Shown: one piece after another, positions 25,175-28,085 of the stretch
Layout: each line of letters opens with the position of its first letter
How positions within the stretch are numbered: the first letter of the stretch is position 1
Virus record (IMG/VR): IMGVR_UViG_3300033564_000120
Span: 1 to 28,085 of that record
Source of the DNA: a virus
Taxonomy: Duplodnaviria > Caudoviricetes
Reading direction: 5' to 3' (one strand)
DNA length: 28,085 nt
Made by a program: the position numbers and the translations under genes
Notes under the pieces: model-generated
Told to the model about the DNA's origin: nothing
The model's input: the letters and a program-made list of their open reading frames with translations, nothing else
Database searches by the model: none

Positions 25175-25580
25175 TGACAGAGTAGAAGAATTAGGCGACC
25201 CAGAGTTTGCTGGGAAATACATAGAGAAGCTAGGAATAACTAGAGACGACTTTGCTGACCCCGAAAGGGCGTTGAAGATTAAGGATATTATAGATTATCT
25301 CAAGGAACACCCAGATCCTGACTTTTTATTGTATAAATCTGTTGGGTCGAAGCAAGTCGATCGGGTTGAATTCTTAAGTGAGTATATCCAGTTTTACAAA
25401 GAGCATGATGGATACTCGAAGAAACTAAACACCATAAACGAGAAGATTTCAAAATATAATTCAGAAGGATTAATCGATCCACTTGAACAAGATATTTATT
25501 CAATGCTGTTAGAAGAAAAGGCGACAGTTAAAGAGAAGATAAATAGGATCCAACAAGAAATACAAATATATGAAAAGTAA
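25164..25580 (+). CDS. hypothetical helical protein in the glycosyltransferase cluster
   Basis: ORF track; overlaps both neighbours. Confidence 0.7.
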   Translation: MEINDRVEELGDPEFAGKYIEKLGITRDDFADPERALKIKDIIDYLKEHPDPDFLLYKSVGSKQVDRVEFLSEYIQFYKEHDGYSKKLNTINEKISKYNSEGLIDPLEQDIYSMLLEEKATVKEKINRIQQEIQIYEK

Positions 25581-26481
25581 AAGAATAGCATTCATTTGGC
25601 AAGGTTTAGAAGATATGAAAGAGAAGTGGGAAGACGGTCTTGCTATGGCTATGAAACAGCTTGAAAAGATTTACGAAGTAGAATACCTCGAACCAGAGTA
25701 TGACTTAGACGGATATGACGCCCTAATTTACTGGGAAGCCCCTTGTACTATAAATGGTGAGAATGCTCAGAACTATCTGAAGGTTAAAAATCACTCAACC
25801 CCTAAAATTTTACTTTTCGCAGGAGGACCTATTAACCCTAAATGGGTTGAAGGCTTTGATACTGTTGTGATAGAGTCAGAAATTAATAGAGAAGAATTCG
25901 CTAACTTTGGAATAGAAACCACAAAAGCTTTCGGTATAAACACCGACCTTTTCAAACCTTATAAAGTAAAGAAGAAATACAAAGCAGTACATCATGGAAC
26001 TTGTGCAAGCTGGAAAAGACAATGGTTACTTCCTCAAGCTTTTGGGGAAGACTCCGCCCTGATTGGAAGGAATCAGGAAAAAGACTCTTACCCATTTATT
26101 TACTCAAAAGAGTTAGGGGCAAAGATTTTAGGTGAGTTGAAAGGTAAAGAACTAGTAAAAGCTGTTAATTCAGCAGATGTTCTAGTCCAGAGTAGTGACT
26201 TCTGGGGAGGAGGGCAAAGGGCAACCTTAGAAGCTATGGCTTGTGGGATACCTGTTATCTGTATGTCAGACAGCCCTAAGAATATCGAATACATACAGGC
26301 ATCAGGAGGTGGACTGGTTTCAGAACCAGACCCAGAGTCGATAAAACGAGCCTATGATGATATAATGAAAGATTACCAGACGTTTTCCAAGAGAGCTAGA
26401 GATTATGTTCTCCAGAACTGGACTTGGAAACATTACGCGTTTAACTTAAATCAAGCAATATGCAATTTGAAGAAAAAATAA
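25570..26481 (+). CDS. GT4-like glycosyltransferase
   Basis: FGINTDLFKP, WKRQ, ADVLVQSS..GGGQRATLEAMACGIPVI, NWTW. Confidence 0.9.
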   Translation: MKSKRIAFIWQGLEDMKEKWEDGLAMAMKQLEKIYEVEYLEPEYDLDGYDALIYWEAPCTINGENAQNYLKVKNHSTPKILLFAGGPINPKWVEGFDTVVIESEINREEFANFGIETTKAFGINTDLFKPYKVKKKYKAVHHGTCASWKRQWLLPQAFGEDSALIGRNQEKDSYPFIYSKELGAKILGELKGKELVKAVNSADVLVQSSDFWGGGQRATLEAMACGIPVICMSDSPKNIEYIQASGGGLVSEPDPESIKRAYDDIMKDYQTFSKRARDYVLQNWTWKHYAFNLNQAICNLKKK

Positions 26482-27131
26482 AACAAGAAGTTCCCCAGGA
26501 TGACAGTACAGACATCGCAGAGAAGATGATCCTTTATACTGAAATTAAGAAAAGAAAACCACAAATAGTAGTCGAGATAGGAACCCACAGGGGTCTTACA
26601 ACGCTCTATATGGCTCATGCTCTGTGGGAAAATGGAAAAGGGATGATACATACTTGTGATCCGAATCCAGAGTGGTATCAAGAAGGAAACTTCTGTAAAT
26701 TCGAGGAGTTTAAGGATATTATTAAATTTCACCTTATCAAAGGGAAAGATTTACCAAAGGACATAGCTCCGATAGATTTCTTATTTATAGATGGATTCCA
26801 CGAGAAAGAATTCGTCCTAGAGGAATTACGAGAACTAATGCCAAGATTATCAGAGAATGCAGTTGTTTATTTCCACGATACTCTGGGTTCTAATGTTTCT
26901 TGTGATCCCCTAGGGGCGGCAAAAGATTTTGGTTTGGAAGTACAGATTATCAATACTAAAAATGGAATGGCTATATATGAACACAATAAAAATTTCAGTG
27001 ATAACACCGACAATTCGTCCAGAGGGACTACAAGTGATGAGGGAGAGTCTGCTAAGCCAGGGGTTCAAAGAGTTCGAGTGGTTAGTGGAAGTAAACGTAT
27101 CAGGAAAACACGATCTAAACGAAGCATTTAA
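26460..27131 (+). CDS. class I SAM-dependent methyltransferase (Methyltransf_24-like)
   Basis: VVEIGTHRGLTT, IDFLFIDGFH, VYFHD. Confidence 0.9.
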   Translation: MQFEEKIKQEVPQDDSTDIAEKMILYTEIKKRKPQIVVEIGTHRGLTTLYMAHALWENGKGMIHTCDPNPEWYQEGNFCKFEEFKDIIKFHLIKGKDLPKDIAPIDFLFIDGFHEKEFVLEELRELMPRLSENAVVYFHDTLGSNVSCDPLGAAKDFGLEVQIINTKNGMAIYEHNKNFSDNTDNSSRGTTSDEGESAKPGVQRVRVVSGSKRIRKTRSKRSI

Positions 27132-27621
27132 TAAGATGATTCGTAGAGCGAAAGGTGAACTCATTGTCTTCTACCAGGACTTTATTAAGATACCCCCAGA
27201 TGGATTAAGGAAGTTCTGGGAGGAATATCAACAAGACAAAAACACCTTATTTACAGCCCCTGTTGGGAAAGTAAAGAGTTTCGCTGACGAAACCCCAGCC
27301 TGGGACTGGAGAGATCACACTGACGAATGTGATTGGACTAGATGTGAACTAGATTGGGGAGCAATTCCTAAGAAAATACTGCTAGAAATAGGAGGATTTG
27401 ATGAAAGGCTAGACCAGTGGTGGTCGTTTGATAACGTCTCTGTCGGGAAACGTGCCTTTCTAAAAGGCTATAAATTCAAGAATGTTAGATACAATCCTGC
27501 TATAGCTTTAGATCACGATGCTATTATTGAACACCCATTTCGCCCTAAATATAATCCCCAAGAAGTAAACAAGATATTAAACGATTATGAGACTAAAGAA
27601 TGGCAAATTCACTTGCCATAA
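26977..27621 (+). CDS. GT2-like glycosyltransferase
   Basis: ISVITPTIR, N.MIRRAKGELIVFYQD, IGGFDE, FDN; ATG 26977 preferred. Confidence 0.85.
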   Translation: MNTIKISVITPTIRPEGLQVMRESLLSQGFKEFEWLVEVNVSGKHDLNEAFNKMIRRAKGELIVFYQDFIKIPPDGLRKFWEEYQQDKNTLFTAPVGKVKSFADETPAWDWRDHTDECDWTRCELDWGAIPKKILLEIGGFDERLDQWWSFDNVSVGKRAFLKGYKFKNVRYNPAIALDHDAIIEHPFRPKYNPQEVNKILNDYETKEWQIHLP

Positions 27622-27666
27622 GTTTTGTGCTATAATGGATATATTAGAAGAATTAATAATTAATAT

Positions 27667-28023
27667 ATGTCAGATCAAGTTTACACAACAGGAGTCCAAC
27701 CAGTAGGGGTCATAGAGTTAGAACAAGCACTTAATGATACAGATGATAGTATCACTGTATATCCAAAAAGTAGTTACGCAAATATATCAGCCTCAGCTCT
27801 AGTTAAAACAGGAGCAGGACAAGTTTATGGAATTATTATCAACTCACACTCATCAGGAACTATAAAACTGTGGGACAACACATCAGCAGCAACAACTGTG
27901 CTATGTAACACAATTACTTTTGCCGCAGGTGAAAGATGGATTCCGCTATTTGGAATGACTTTTGGAACAGGACTATACGCTACAATTGGAGGAACAGCAG
28001 ATGTAACCATTTCCTACAGATAG
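27667..28023 (+). CDS. Ser/Thr-rich beta-structured probable virion protein
   Basis: LVKTGAG.VYGIII, GTIKLWDNTSA, FGTGLYATIGGTADVTI; promoter TGCTATAAT at 27628-27636. Confidence 0.6.
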   Translation: MSDQVYTTGVQPVGVIELEQALNDTDDSITVYPKSSYANISASALVKTGAGQVYGIIINSHSSGTIKLWDNTSAATTVLCNTITFAAGERWIPLFGMTFGTGLYATIGGTADVTISYR

Positions 28024-28047
28024 TTTTACTAGCTAAATAAATAAACT

Positions 28048-28085
28048 ATGTCTAGAACAGCTAGGACGAATTTAAAACATTATGA
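28048..28085 (+). CDS. 5' end of the next gene, truncated by the window
   Basis: A-rich leader then ATG: MSRTARTNLKHY... Confidence 0.5.
   Translation, partial: MSRTARTNLKHY

Noticed and set aside
22862-27621. DNA hypermodification (methylase plus glycosyltransferases)
   Set aside because: Not excluded, but no TET/JBP or hydroxymethylase is in the window, and the cluster is late, TPR-bearing and far from the methylase
1-28085. Stop-codon reassignment (code 25 or 15)
   Set aside because: Conserved genes are intact under code 11; ATGA overlaps show TGA is a stop, and TAG ends the scaffold and capsid genes

Overview
AT-rich window from a tailed dsDNA phage (Caudoviricetes) with P22/podovirus-like head genes. 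No integrase or host genes are visible. Layout: (i) 1-2.8 kb, + strand: end of the late region, a ~350-nt structured non-coding stretch, an M15-peptidase endolysin, a candidate small RNA and a cassette of tiny Shine-Dalgarno (SD)-led ORFs. (ii) 2.8-15.8 kb, - strand: early/replication genes, including a PD-(D/E)XK nuclease, SSB, lambda-O-like initiator with iterons and DnaA boxes, XRE regulator, C5 DNA methyltransferase, primase-helicase, a phage-encoded GroEL/GroES pair and HNH proteins. (iii) 15.8-16.5 kb: divergent control region with a G-rich island and a GATATC array. (iv) 16.5-28 kb, + strand: RHH regulator, TerS, TerL, portal, scaffold and major capsid, followed directly by three glycosyltransferase genes and a SAM methyltransferase, a candidate virion-glycosylation locus. 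Most genes lack SD motifs and several look leaderless. A Patescibacteria/CPR-like host is a tentative inference. All calls come from reading motifs by eye; no searches were run.
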